From assembly GCA_002256025.1 (NCBI GenBank), contig NKIB01010963.1, positions 1 through 64,000 of the forward strand: a stretch of 64,000 nucleotides of DNA, given 5' to 3'. The position numbers and the translations under genes were made by a program. Numbering within the stretch: the first letter of the stretch is position 1; every line of letters starts with the position of its first letter. The notes beneath the pieces are model-generated. The model was not told the DNA's origin and searched no databases. It saw nothing but the letters and a program-made list of their open reading frames with translations. Origin of the DNA: Asterionella formosa (lineage: Eukaryota). Below are positions 36,850-49,033 of the stretch, in pieces.

Positions 36850-39113
36850 TTTCTTGGAAATAGAACTAGAAGGGGGTCAGGTAGGCAGCCTTCGACCGAT
36901 TCTTGATTATTGGCACAGCAACTTGTTGGGACTCCGGTTTGGAGACCATTTTGCTGCTGGAGGTGGCAGCTGATTTGGAATCCGGTTTGGATTCTTTTTT
37001 CCTGTTTATGGCAGCTGGTTTAGAGTCTGGTTTCGATTTGTTTTGCTGGGAATCGCGGCTGGTTTGCAGTCCGATTCAGATTCTTCGTAAGGACTAGTTA
37101 CATGCATTGATGCAACATCTCGGCTCCTGGCTGTTGACTTTGCAGCGTTGTAATCACCTGCCTTGGATGTGACCGCTTTGGTAAAATCATGCTTGGGAGT
37201 TACCTTGGCAGAAGGCTTGAGTGCAACAGCTTTCGCAGCAACAGTTCTTGGAGGAGCTTTCATCCTCGTCTTTGCAGCTTTATTTGGAACACTCTTCTGT
37301 AACACTCGGGATTGTGTTGATCCTGCTGTAACTATAGAAGCAGCCTTCTGTATAGTGCCTCTATTCGCACGCTTTCCGAGCGCATAAGAAGGAGCTTCCA
37401 AGCGGGCATACTCTGACCTAATAGCTGCCTTCGCATTCATCACCTCTGTCAGGCGATGAATGCAAAAAAAGAAATGTGTGAATGAATAAATGAATATGAA
37501 TACAGAATATATAGTAAACGAACATATCTTTTGGTTGCTTGTAGATGAAACCCCCAATTGGAAGAAACATCGAGTACACATAGGCTTGCTCTTCCAAATG
37601 ATGATCAAGAAGATCATAATGAGTGGCTGAAAGAAGACTCCCAGCTATATTTGTTCGCAAACGCATCATAGGAAAGGTCTCGAAATTTGCTGGTTCTGGC
37701 ATATCAGGTCCATGATTGTATGAATCAACATGGCCATTGTTCTTGTTCCTCTCATCATGAGGAAGGTTTTCAAGAGGATGATTGATCCTGTCCATCCAAG
37801 GAATAGGATTGCAATGTATAAATCCCAAGGATTTATACCACTCAACCGCTTTGTCCAGCATCTGCGCAAAACTGGTTGATGTTGGGAAGGACATCTTGGA
37901 TTTGCACAGTTCCAGGCCTCCTCATTGATACGAAGACGAGTAGCAGCTTGGATCAGCAATTGACCCATTCCACGCTTTTTGTACTTGTGCAAATCATGGG
38001 TTGAATTATGATTAATTGTCACCAGATAGTGAATACAAGCAATAGGAGTTGGAAACTCTTTTTGCTCCACAAAAAGCATAGCTACGGTCTTGAACTTCTT
38101 CTCCAAGTTCTCCCTCTCTTCAATGGTAATGACGAAGTTGCCATGAAGCTTCTTCTGGAGCTGATTTGCGTATAAAGCTTGGTTCTTGGTAACGACAGAA
38201 TTCCAATCATTACAAAAAGATTTGGACAAGAAAGTCATAATCTCATGGATCTCCAAAGGGATTTTAGAGGTGGAGAAGGTGTCAAGGGAAATTTGGGTGA
38301 TCCTAACTTTCCACTGGTACTGCCTATCATCAGCATTAGGATCACATACATTGATGTGACCAATGTACAATCTTCCTAAAGCCTCGAGACTTTTACTCAC
38401 ATGAGTGAAAAAAGCAAGAAAATAGAGCAGTGGATAATCCACATGAGTCCTGTATCCCTCGTGGATCATACTCATAGACTCTGGACTGAAGGGGACGAAC
38501 CAATAGCGTTGAGGGAGAAAGGACTCATTCTCAGACCATACGCGTTGATCAATCGAAGATAGAGTTTCTTTATGGACAATTCAGGATCTCTTTGGAAATC
38601 CTTGAACATACCAATCTCAAGTAGTATTTCCATACTGTCGCAAGTACTCTTAAACTGGTCAGTAGTGAAAGTAACACTGAAATTCGTCTTGATATGGTAA
38701 TGAGGATACATAGTATCATCATCACCATACTGAGCCCTGTGATCCTCGAAAGGACAGAAACCATCGCACATCAAGTGAGCACGAAATGAGAGTGCCAGAC
38801 TAGTTGGTCCCCTTTCATCAAGGTCAATATCACCTGTGATAAACTTTACTTTTGGAAAAAGTTCAAGTTTGACGCATTCACCAACATTTCGGGTCCAATG
38901 CTTGTCTCTTCCAATGCCATGGACACGACCAGAAAGTTGAAGTCTTTGCTTCTCCATTACTTCCCAAAGTTCTTCAATCTCCTTTCTACTTTTCTTCAAC
39001 TCAGATTGAAGAAACTCTAAGGAAACGTTTGTTTCAATTCCCTTCTGATCAGAAATAGTCAAAATGTTTTTCTTACCATCACAAGTTATTTCAGGAAGAA
39101 CTTCAACGATCAC
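36850..39113 (-). pseudogene. Frameshifted large unknown gene with a GNAT-like segment and an Ala/Lys/Ser-rich tail
   Basis: Overlapping minus-strand ORFs 38472-39113, 37666-38475, 37418-37894 and 37006-37617; KKRGMGQLLIQ and AVEWYKSLGF motifs; probable intron at about 37447-37520. Confidence 0.5.
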
Positions 39114-39602
39114 AACTGGTAGTACTAAGAGTGCAAAGAGTTCAAAGAGTACAAAGAGTTTGAACGTGATTATTCACTTTCCCCCAGACCAAGTCAAGGG
39201 TGCCACAGATTGGTACCTCCAAGAGATGAAGAAAAAGATGTATGTGGAGCTTCGGATGAAGAAAAAGAGTGAAATTTATAAGGCTTGTATTGATCAGAAC
39301 ATTGCACCCCCAGACCTTTTTGGAGATGAAATTAAAGCAGGGATGATGAATGATGAGAGCTACATTAAAAATTCGAGGAGGTTGCAGCAAAGGGCGAGAG
39401 GAAATACAAAGTGGCTAAGAAGAAAATCTACGCAAAGCTGCACAGGGACTTTTACAGGTTCAAGAAAAGCAATTTAGACGAAGAATCAGTGGAGACGACA
39501 GATGAAAGAATCAAGGTGACAAATGAAACTAGGAGTGAATATGAGTATTTCAAACGGTCAATGAAAGATGCTGCAAGACAATTGAACTTCAATCCAGTTT
39601 AG
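39064..39602 (+). pseudogene. Frameshifted Lys/Glu-rich unknown ORF
   Basis: ORFs 39064-39477 and 39411-39602 overlap in different frames with coding-like composition. Confidence 0.35.
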
Positions 39603-39692
39603 TGAAAATGAATTTCAATTTTGACAAATTGGTCATTGTCAAAGGGCAAATGAACTAGGAACCAAAATTATTACTAATATTACTGATTTACT

Positions 39693-40225
39693 AATTCAAT
39701 CGTTGACAGCTACTCATTGCTTCTTTGCTTGTTTTTCTATTTTGTGCTTGGGAAAGTTAAAGCTTGAGAATATTTGTATCTGCTTCGAAAAGAAGAAGGC
39801 CATTGCGGCAAATCTCAATTTCGAAGCACTACGGCGACATGCATTGAATGTTAAAATATGCAACAGCGGTTTCTAAACGAAATAACGAATTCAATTGTTG
39901 ACAGCTACTCATCCTTTGCTTCTTTTTCTATATTTTACTTGTTAGAGCTATCGCTGTAGACTATTTGTAGCTGCTCCGAAAAGGAAAAGGCCGTTGCGGC
40001 AACTCTCAATTTCGAAGCACTACGGCGACATGCATTGAATGTTAAAATATGCAACAGCTGTTGCTAAACGAATTTACGAATTCAATCGTTGACAGCTACT
40101 CATCCTTTGCTACCTTTTCTATATTGTACTTGATAGAGTTATCGCTGTAGACTATTTGTAGCTGTTCCGAAACGGAGAAGGCCAATGTGTCACATCTCAA
40201 TTTTGATTCACTACGGAGACGTGCA
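39693..40225. repeat. Tandem repeat, three units of about 190-195 bp
   Basis: AATTCAAT.GTTGACAGCTACTCAT starts units near 39693, 39888 and 40078; CTCAATTTCGAAGCACTACGGCGACATGCATTGAATG is shared. Confidence 0.92.
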
Positions 40226-40869
40226 ATGCTCAACGATGCTTCATTTCTAATCTGGCAGGCTATAGTAATCTCTACAGTCAGCCAACAATGACTAAACAAT
40301 GTGCCTACAACATCAACTACTACTAAGTGTGCTGAATTCTACTGTGTGAATCTTCCTCTTGCATGTGGTATTCTTTGCCAGTTCAGATCAAAGAAATATG
40401 TCAGAGCGGAAAAATCATAAGTGAATCGGAATTGGTGACTCTTTCGTTCATTAAGTGGAAACTCGAAGAGAGCCTTAGAACGACTTTGCAGGAAGCAAAG
40501 ATGCATGGAAAGGAAACATTTAGTTTAGCTTATAATTTAGTTTGAGTTTTAGATTATCAACCAAGGAAACAGTGTGTTAATTGACAGGAAGGTCAATTAG
40601 TCTATCAAGCAGGAACAAGGCTGGAAGCAGAGACAAGAGATAAAGTAGCTGGTACCAGGTAGTACAATCACGTAAGAGTCTACGTGAAGAGAGACCCAGC
40701 CTGCGGGAAGGAATACGGACCATTTCAACAGACGCCGCCAATGAGTGCACACGTCCGGGAATACATAAAAGGTACCAGGTAGCGGTACATGCACATACGA
40801 TTATATGTATAATATGTATGGTCTCTGCCTACATAAATAACGCGGTATAAGATTATGCAGTCGCTCACG

Positions 40870-41126
40870 TGATAAGGTGCTATCTAAAGACGAATTGGCC
40901 TGTTAGTGCCCAGCTGTAATGGTAGGTCCAACAAGTTGTGACTTGAGGCCGTTCCAGCAGTACGCACTTTTTACTTGGTTAGTATGTATCTACGTAGATG
41001 GTACAACCACGTTGTACCAGTACCCATCAAGTACTATGGATATCTGATTCATCAGTTGGTGCAGTAAGCGGTAGTAAGTCACCAATTCCCCGGAGAACCC
41101 GAGCAATCTCGTTCCCGTATTTATCA
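40870..41126 (-). repeat. 3' LTR (257 bp), preceded on the minus strand by the purine tract AAGAGGAG
   Basis: Matches 46495-46740 with 10 substitutions and one 3-bp indel by manual count. Confidence 0.93.
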
Positions 41127-41206
41127 CTCCTCTTGAATCAATAACCCAATAGTTTGACCGACCATAATAGAATAATACTTGCATAGAATACGCAAATCCC
41201 TAATCT

Positions 41207-42885
41207 CTATCCATGCATCACCTCCCCAACTAACATGGCAAACACCTTATTAGTCTGGGCCTTGGTGAGCACATCTGCAAAATTATACCTTCCATCAATC
41301 TTGACTGGATGTATAATTCCGCATGCCGCCGCCTCCCTCACCTTGTGATATGAGATGGCAACTTGTTTCTTCTTCAACAAACTATCCTTGATAGTAACAT
41401 TCTGAACTACTCCAAGGTTGTCACCGAACAGGTATGAGGCATGAGCCACCCGCACTCCCATTGAGCGTAGCATATAACGAATAGCTATGGTTTCTTCAAC
41501 TGCAATGCGCATAGCACCAAAATTAAGCACCGTATGTTGATGTCTCCACTGCTCCTTGTCGCCTACTCATAAAGAATACAGGTGTTCTTTCAATGAATAT
41601 AATCAAACCGGTCACTGACCTGCGTGTGATCTTGTCATGGGCATGATCTGAGTCAACAAACACTGTTATGTCCAACTCATCGACCAATGGCTTTGGTAGG
41701 TTGCAGTCAACCTCCTCAGATGCTTCAGGGTAGTCTTCACCAAGAATACTTGCGTAGTCTTTAGAAAAGTCTTCCTCAAACCCTGAGAAGTCAGGCGACC
41801 TAGAATCCACAACAATTCGCCTATTTGGCCTCCTCTTAAGGTAGCCAAACACTTTCAACACCCGCTCAAGGTGTCCTTTTCTTGGATATGCAGAGAATCT
41901 TGACAATGACATTGTGGCATGTGCGACATCAAATCTTCCAATTGTTACTACCCAATTCAACATGCCAATTAACATCTGAAACTTTCGATGTTCGTCATCA
42001 CTAAGTAGTGTGGTGTCATCGAGTTCTGGATGATCATTTGCACTCGCTCGTTGGAATTGTACTTTTGGGTTGCACACCAAACATCACCTCAATTCTTGCA
42101 TTCGACTCTTGTATGTATTTCTTGCATCCAAAACACCACCTGCCCTTCTTGTCCTTCTTGAAGTTGTTCCCAAGGTAAAATTCTGGAGGACCTTCAGACT
42201 TGATTGTATAGACCTGCTTGAGTCCTTCCATAATTACTTCAGGAGTTTTCGACACCATCATGAAGTCATCTGAGTGGGTGCAGATATATTCATAGTGTGA
42301 AGTATCATTGCTCATCTTGTACCACACATCTTTGTTGTACCTAGTTGGCTGGAACCCCATTCCCCGGATTGTGTCCGGAAAATGCGCCCACCAACGCTCA
42401 GAGCTTGATCTCAAACCATAAAAAGCTTTTCGGACGAGAATGATTGATCCCCTCAACTCCTCTCCAAGTTCTGGTCCAGCACGGCAGTATACTAGCTCAT
42501 TAGTGTATGCATTGAAGTAAGCATTTCCAACATCTCCACAAAGCAGCTTCAAGTTCTGCTTGTGTGCAATCACATGTAGCATTCTAACACTTATGCCTTT
42601 CACAGTTGAAGAGTAAATATTGTTGTCAAGAGCGTCAACTAGATGTCCGCCAGCCAAAAGTCTTGCCTTGCGCCGTAGATCTCCTTGTTTGACGTCAAAG
42701 ATCACTGTCAGTGTTGTCCATTGATATCCGACTCCAGGGTTAAAATCTGGCTTCTTAAATTCAAAACATTCCATTTTCGACAAGTGAGGAGATTTCACGT
42801 TTGATTGCCTCTTGCCAGAATGTGTCTCCACTTTGCTTGTCCGATTCCATGGCGTGGGTGACATTTTGTGGGACCTCAACGCCAT
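41207..42885 (-). pseudogene. Copia pol: reverse transcriptase and RNase H
   Basis: KARLLAGGH, GDVGNAYFNA, KAFYGLRSS, THSDDF; FVDSDHAHDKITRRSVTG, ETSTYGA, GDNLGVV, NFADVLTK. Confidence 0.95.
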
Positions 42886-44808
42886 ACTTGAGAATTTGCT
42901 TCCTAATCTTAGGATGCTTCTTCTTTCTTATGTCGGCACGCCTCACTGTGTACAACTGATCACATCCATCAAAATGATGCTCATATAACCTTGCAATTCT
43001 TCGGACAGCTCGTTTGATGTCTCGAACTGTTTTCTTTGCCCATTGCATGATTCTATCCAGGCGTTTGGAACGACTGACATTATTGTCTACAATGTATTGT
43101 GCTGTCATGTTTGGATGGTCAAGCTTCAAGTCCTGAAATGATTCCCAGGAGACATTTTCAGTATCCCAGCAGTGCACCTCCAACTCAAGTTGCCCGGCCT
43201 TCCAGCGATGCGCTCGAATATCAGTTACCCTGGAACCACTCATCTTTGTTGCCTCTGTATGCTCTTCAGCTAGCTAGCTCATTATTGATCTCATCACACA
43301 TTTAAATGTCATGTGTTGCGTCAAGTGGATCAAAGTCGAACTGAACATCATCGGTGTTGGATGGTGGATTTTTTGATATGTTGTTGTCTACTTCTGTTGT
43401 AGTGCATTGCTCCTCTTTCCCCCCCCTGCTCCTCTAGACCCTTTGATGTTTCAATGATCTGATGAGTAGGAGCAAAATGAACTAGACAAATAGGATCGTG
43501 ATCCTCTGGTTCATCTCGAGGTTCAGGAATAGGACTGGTGGGAGCGTTCCTTTTGCATTTACGATCCTTCATTTTTGTTATTCTGGACTTGAGCATAAGG
43601 TCACTATAAGGTACCTCATCACTGTAAAACTCAGCTGAAGTTTCCTTTCGTGGTTGAGCAATATTACGAATGAGTTCAACACCTTTTTACCAATTACCAT
43701 CAGGACATGTCCAAATGCAATAAGTGAATGCATCTCCATGGTTCCATGCGATACCAACAAACCTTCCTAGAAGAAAGTTTGGGTTGGGTTACTTGGCTGT
43801 TGGCTCATAGTAATAGATTGCTTGCCAGAAGGAAAATCGAAACACAGAAATGTCTGGAGTTCTTCCATAAAGTTTCTCAATGGGAGTCCTCCAATCCAGT
43901 CCCTTATGTGCTGAATGATTTAGGCAATCAATAACCCACATCATGCAATAGCACCAGAACGTCAGTGGAGCTTTTGCCAAGCGTAGAGATAAAATAGTTC
44001 GAGATTTAATGTCGCGGATCTTGAGCTCTGCCTGGTTCTGGTTTTGGTTGTGTGGGACAGAATGGATTTGTTTTGTTATGTTTTCCCGGCTTATTTTAGT
44101 CCACAATGTGCCAGTCTGAGTTTGAGAGTTATCAGTCAACAAAATGTTGGGAGCTCCAACCTCACGTACAAAATCCTGGTATGCTCCATGTGAATTTGCC
44201 TCTCTAAACATACAACGTGCAAACAGAAATTGCGATGGAATATGAGTGAAGAGTTGCACACATGAGTAGTTCCGGATAGACTTGATAGATGAGAAAAACG
44301 TATCCGAATCTGTCCTGCCATCGAGTCGATTATGATGAAGAGGAATTAGACGCTTCTTCCGCTGCTGTCTGGGTGCCTCTCTATTCTCCATTTCAACTGT
44401 TTGGGTGCAGAGCTGTGTTGTTGCTTTGAGTGTCTTCTTGGTTACAATCTCAGTTGAATTTCCAAGACGTTTCTCCCATAGAGTTGGCTCCTCTTCAACA
44501 ATGCTTCCACGTCCCCTCCTAGATGACTTCTTCAACAACTCAGATGAGTTGCTGGGAATTTGTGGTGTCAACCAATGAATTGTGTGGGAGTTTGCTTCTT
44601 CGATTGTAGGTAGGCGAACATTGAATGTAAGAAGTTTTTCATCATCAGTGAACAATAGTTTAATCTGAATGTCGTCAACCTCAATGCATTGCAAACCGCC
44701 ATCCCGTTCAGAAATGTCATGAACAATAACATTATTACGCCTCATTACATGAGTGTTGATCAGTGCTTCTGTTTGTTCTGGTCTTTCATCAAAGGCTGCT
44801 CCCCCCAA
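42761..44808 (-). pseudogene. Copia pol: integrase followed by a chromo-like domain
   Basis: TDSDTFF, GAPNILLTDNS, PHNQNQNQAELKI, APLTFWCYC; then IRAHRWKAGQLELEVHCWDTENVSWESFQDLKLDHPNMTAQY. Confidence 0.9.
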
Positions 44809-46483
44809 CCCAAAGTAAACAGGTTTCTTTTGTTTCTGTTCTTTTGTTTCTGGCTAGATGTTCAGAAGCAGTGACTGCATTGACAATTGGAAAAGTAGGT
44901 CCATCCATATTGGCCCCCCAACCATGCAGTTTTGCGCTCTTGCTCACTTTTTCCAGAACTCTCCATCCGACTCCGCCAATGACCTCAAATTCAGTTCCTC
45001 CATCAAGCACAACCCTTGCTGCTTCCCCCGGAAAGCGTCCATGTCGGAGTACTGGGTTGCGACGTCCCTTTTTCTTTTTCCTGGGAGTCTCCTTCTTAGA
45101 TTTCTTCTCTTGGGTACTTGTTGTAGGATTTATTTCCTGGTCACTATCATCTCCATCATCCTCACTGTCTTTTTCATCAGAGTCCTTGATTTTCACATGA
45201 GGTGTAGCCGTATCACATAATCCAGAAGCTGAGGTCTTTGTCCTTCTAGCCTTCTTCTTGCGCTTTCTTGTCTTTGGCTTGTTCTTGGAGTGGCATCCCT
45301 CGTCAGATTTGACTGAGTTGTCATCTTTCTTGGCATCTCTATTGGCGCCAGTCAACTCGTCGACACGAATTGCCCTTCCTTCATTATTCCAGACACTTCT
45401 CCACTTAAATAGATCTTTCTTGATAGAATTGGATTTAATTGTATTGAGTAAGTGTGTGGGGAGGAAAGGAATTTGGTTGTCTTTAGATGATTTACGTGTG
45501 GCTCCGCCTTTACTTGTAGAAGTTGTTGCGGGCCTTGCCTTGGTGGAGCTCTCTCGTGAGAATCTTTCCAATTCCTGTTCTCTGCTCCGAATACGTTGAA
45601 CACACTCATCAAAAGTCTTGTTGGTGTTACCAAGAAGGTCCTGAATGCAAACATCATAGTCTTCATCCTCAATTTGATCAAGGAATTTAGTCCGCTTTGT
45701 TGCTTCAGTGTAGCCTTCATGTTTATCTTCCAACTTTCGACTGCAGAGGATGAACGTGTTTATGTACTTGTTAGCTTTCACCTTATTGGACAGTCATAAC
45801 TCATTGAGTTGATTCCTGTAGTGATCAATAAGGGTCCTTGATACTTCTGCTTTTCCATACCACATCTTTAATCCAGTCCAGGCATCATGTCCACTCTGGA
45901 GCCCATTTGCATCAATTATATTATGTGCAGTCTCCTTATACAGTGCTTTCTTCAGCATGTTGTATAATTCACCGTCACGTGCCATACCTACTGTATCAGC
46001 TGGTACTGGCTTGCCTGTATCTGTCAAAAGTGTTGCATATGCCGTCTGCCCAAGTGGTGCACCTCTACCAATGTACCATTCCTCCCAGTCGATGGGATCC
46101 CCGGAAAAATCCTTGAGTGCATCAACATATATTTTCGGGGCCCCACGCGCAGGGTCTACAGGCATGGTTGGTACTGCTGGTACAACAGCTTGTGCCGTAG
46201 TGGCCATGGGCATGCTTAGTGTCACCATGACATTCTGCATAGTTGTTTGGACGTTTACGACATGTCCTCTTGCGAGAAATGTCCCAAGTCTTGCCAACTT
46301 GCGCCTAAGTAGGATAGAAGAGTTGGGAAGTAACTGGATGATGTCCGCTTCTTCGAGGACGGAAAGGTTGTCTGTATTTGTCAAACCGGCGTTTGCGAGT
46401 GTTTCCAACTCATGTTGAGTCATTCCAGACAATTCCACCACTTTCGGATCCATGGTTCTATTAGTCACTCTTCGTCGGTTCAT
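44789..46483 (-). pseudogene. Copia gag and protease region
   Basis: Two ORFs in the same frame separated by one TGA (45794-45796); FSGDPIDWEEW, SGHDAWTGLKMWY, FLDQIEDEDY; protease-like VVLDGGTE. Confidence 0.85.
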
Positions 46484-46494
46484 GAACTAGTAGA

Positions 46495-46740
46495 TGCTAT
46501 CTCAAGACGAATCGGCCTGTTAGTGCCCTGCTGTAATGGTAGGTCCAACAAGTTGTGACTTGAGGCCGTTCCAGCAGTACGCACTTTTTACTAGGTCATC
46601 ATGTATCTACGTAGATGGTACAACCACGTTGTACCAGTACCCATCAAGTGCTTTGGATATCTGATTCATCAGTTGGTGCGGTAAGCGGTAAGTCACCAAT
46701 TCCCCGGAGAACCCGAGCAATCTCGTTCCCGTATTTATCA
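46495..46740 (-). repeat. 5' LTR with a divergent inner end
   Basis: Direct repeat of 40878-41126. Confidence 0.93.
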
Positions 46741-48237
46741 CACGAATCGAACATGAGAAAATTCCCATTACCATGATAAAATGATTATTAATTTTCGATT
46801 TTGTACAAATTCTTAACACTTTTATTAGTTTCTTAGATAGAATACACGTGTCGCTAGCAAGTAGTGAAAGAAACGAACCTGTAGCTTTGATATTCATTGC
46901 GAAATAGCCAAAATAGAAAATCGGCGGAAGCAACATGGCGTTCGACCGCAACAACAATATCTCCATGATTTCTTGCCGGGTCAAAACCCGAGTAGTTCGT
47001 ACATAACCGCCGTACATCAAGTAGACATATTCTATAATATCAGAAGCTGAAAACAACAATTGGTTTATAATTCGTGATTTATCTGTTTACAATAGGCGTA
47101 TCATCATTGTCATGGTGTTACTGTTACCAAACCGGCAATCATCTTGTTCCAAGAACATACCGGTACATGCTTGTAGCTATTTACTAATAACCAAATACTG
47201 ACATGAAGTCAATTGTACCAGGGTGGTACCTGTTACCAGGTACCATTATGAATCGGTACCAGGTAGTTGATACCGGTATGCATACAGGGATGCAAGATGT
47301 ATGTATGTACTACGTCGTCCTCCTATGTGTGATGCATACCGATTTTTACCATAACAGTGCACTTCTGTACATTCATACCGGTAGAGAATCGGATTTAAAC
47401 TACTGGTACTGGTGGGAGATTTCTGGAATAAGGAGTCTTGAAACTCAAAATTGCGATTGGGGGGAAAACCCCCTAATCCAAAACCCCCTCTCATCGGAGC
47501 AAGGATCGGAAACTGGTTTTTTCAGAGAATTATTCTTTCAAATTAGATTTTGATAATAATGAAATTTATTGGCAGCGCGAAACCGTTAGAATTTTCTAAA
47601 TGTCTATTACCGGGGAGTCGAATATGAGTGCTTGCCGGCGCCACGTTCCATTTTCGGCAAAATGACCACTTTGTCCGGTAGAACTGCACTGATGACCCGG
47701 TGGAGTCATCACCACCGAGGAGTCATAATGGTGTCGATGATCAAATCCTACGTATTCAAATATAAATAGCGGTAGTATAAAATGTAAATAGGATCATAAA
47801 ATTATTCACATATGAACAATATTCATGTGTGCCACCATCATTCTATGCATTTACATACATAATTCTACTGTAGATACCGGTATTCCTTGACAAAGTCATT
47901 CGGGCTGCCCTCAACTCGACTGTATGTAGTCGGAGTTTGCTGAAGAATGTCCCAGATACTACCGGTATGAATACGAACGCACAGGATATGTCTACCGCAT
48001 TCATAGCGGCTTTGTTATCATGAATTTTATGACCACCAAAGACCATGATTAATTGTACCAGGGTACCAGGTAACACTAATATGTAAATAATAGATTGTGA
48101 TTTTTTACATTTATATATATTGTTATGTACATAAAATTCGTTCTTCAAATTTAATAGAGTGAGTCTGTCATTACGACGCCTCACAATTAAATTTGCTCTC
48201 AGATTGAAATAATCAGCTTCTCCAGCCCCAATCAGTT

Positions 48238-48906
48238 ATGATTTTTGACGCCCCAAGCCATATTTACAGCACGGCTATAAACCTCAACAACGACGGAGTT
48301 GCGTTCTTTTCGAGGGGAGATTTCGAGGAAGCTTCCCATTCGTTCAAAGGCGCGCTTGAGGCCATGAAATCTCTCATCATCCTTGACGTTGGGTTCAACG
48401 CAGATCAATATGCACAATATGAAACGAATGTTGAGTTCCAATGGTCCGGCAACCCGCCTTCTCATTTCTCTGATGAAGCTTCTTTCGTTTACCGAAGAGC
48501 GTTGCTCATTGTTCCTTCGTCGGGTTACCCAAGTCATGGTTGCCAAGAGGAGTCAAGGGCAATTATTTTTAACACAGCTCTCAGTTACCACCTGTTGGCC
48601 CTTCAACGCAACTGCTCAAGAATCATGGCCAGATCCCTAAGTTTATACCAAATCGCCGACGATTTTGGCAAGCGCAAGGACGAACCAAAACTTGAAGGTG
48701 AAAAGCTTGTAGAGGCAGTCATCTTGAATAACGTAGGCCAACTCTGCATTGAATGCTACAACTACGACATTGCCCGAAGGTGTTTCAACGAGCTCTCTAA
48801 AAGAATAATATCATTGAATCAAAGTGGATATCTGGAAAAATGTGATTGTGAAGGGTTTCTGCTCAATCTCCTCCTTGAAGAGCCAACATTGGCAGCGGCA
48901 GCGTAA
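48238..48906 (+). CDS. Diatom-type TPR-like protein; paralog of 31215-31880
   Basis: AINLNNDGV, SRAIIFNTALSYHL, VILNNVGQL, DCEGFLLNLLLEEPTLAAAA. Confidence 0.85.
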   Translation: MIFDAPSHIYSTAINLNNDGVAFFSRGDFEEASHSFKGALEAMKSLIILDVGFNADQYAQYETNVEFQWSGNPPSHFSDEASFVYRRALLIVPSSGYPSHGCQEESRAIIFNTALSYHLLALQRNCSRIMARSLSLYQIADDFGKRKDEPKLEGEKLVEAVILNNVGQLCIECYNYDIARRCFNELSKRIISLNQSGYLEKCDCEGFLLNLLLEEPTLAAAA

Positions 48907-49033
48907 GTACCTTCCAAAATCGTTACAGAAAAGATTAATGCAATAGCTATTTCATTTCTTAAACTGCTGGGAGTGTTTGCGAGAAGAATCAATTCTCGCG
49001 TCGAAAACTGTGTTAAATACACAGTGATTGTCA

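Larger units (their letters stand above)
40870..46740 (-). mobile_element. Full-length decayed Ty1/copia LTR retrotransposon (CoDi type), 5871 bp
   Basis: Paired LTRs; outer termini TGATAA..TTATCA; flanking CACG direct repeat; domain order gag-PR-IN-RT-RNase H; multiple stops and frameshifts. Confidence 0.96.

Noticed and set aside
40990..47059. ORFs 40990-41184 and 46607-47059 sharing VINTGTRLLGFSGELVTY
   Set aside because: The shared peptide is just the LTR sequence translated twice
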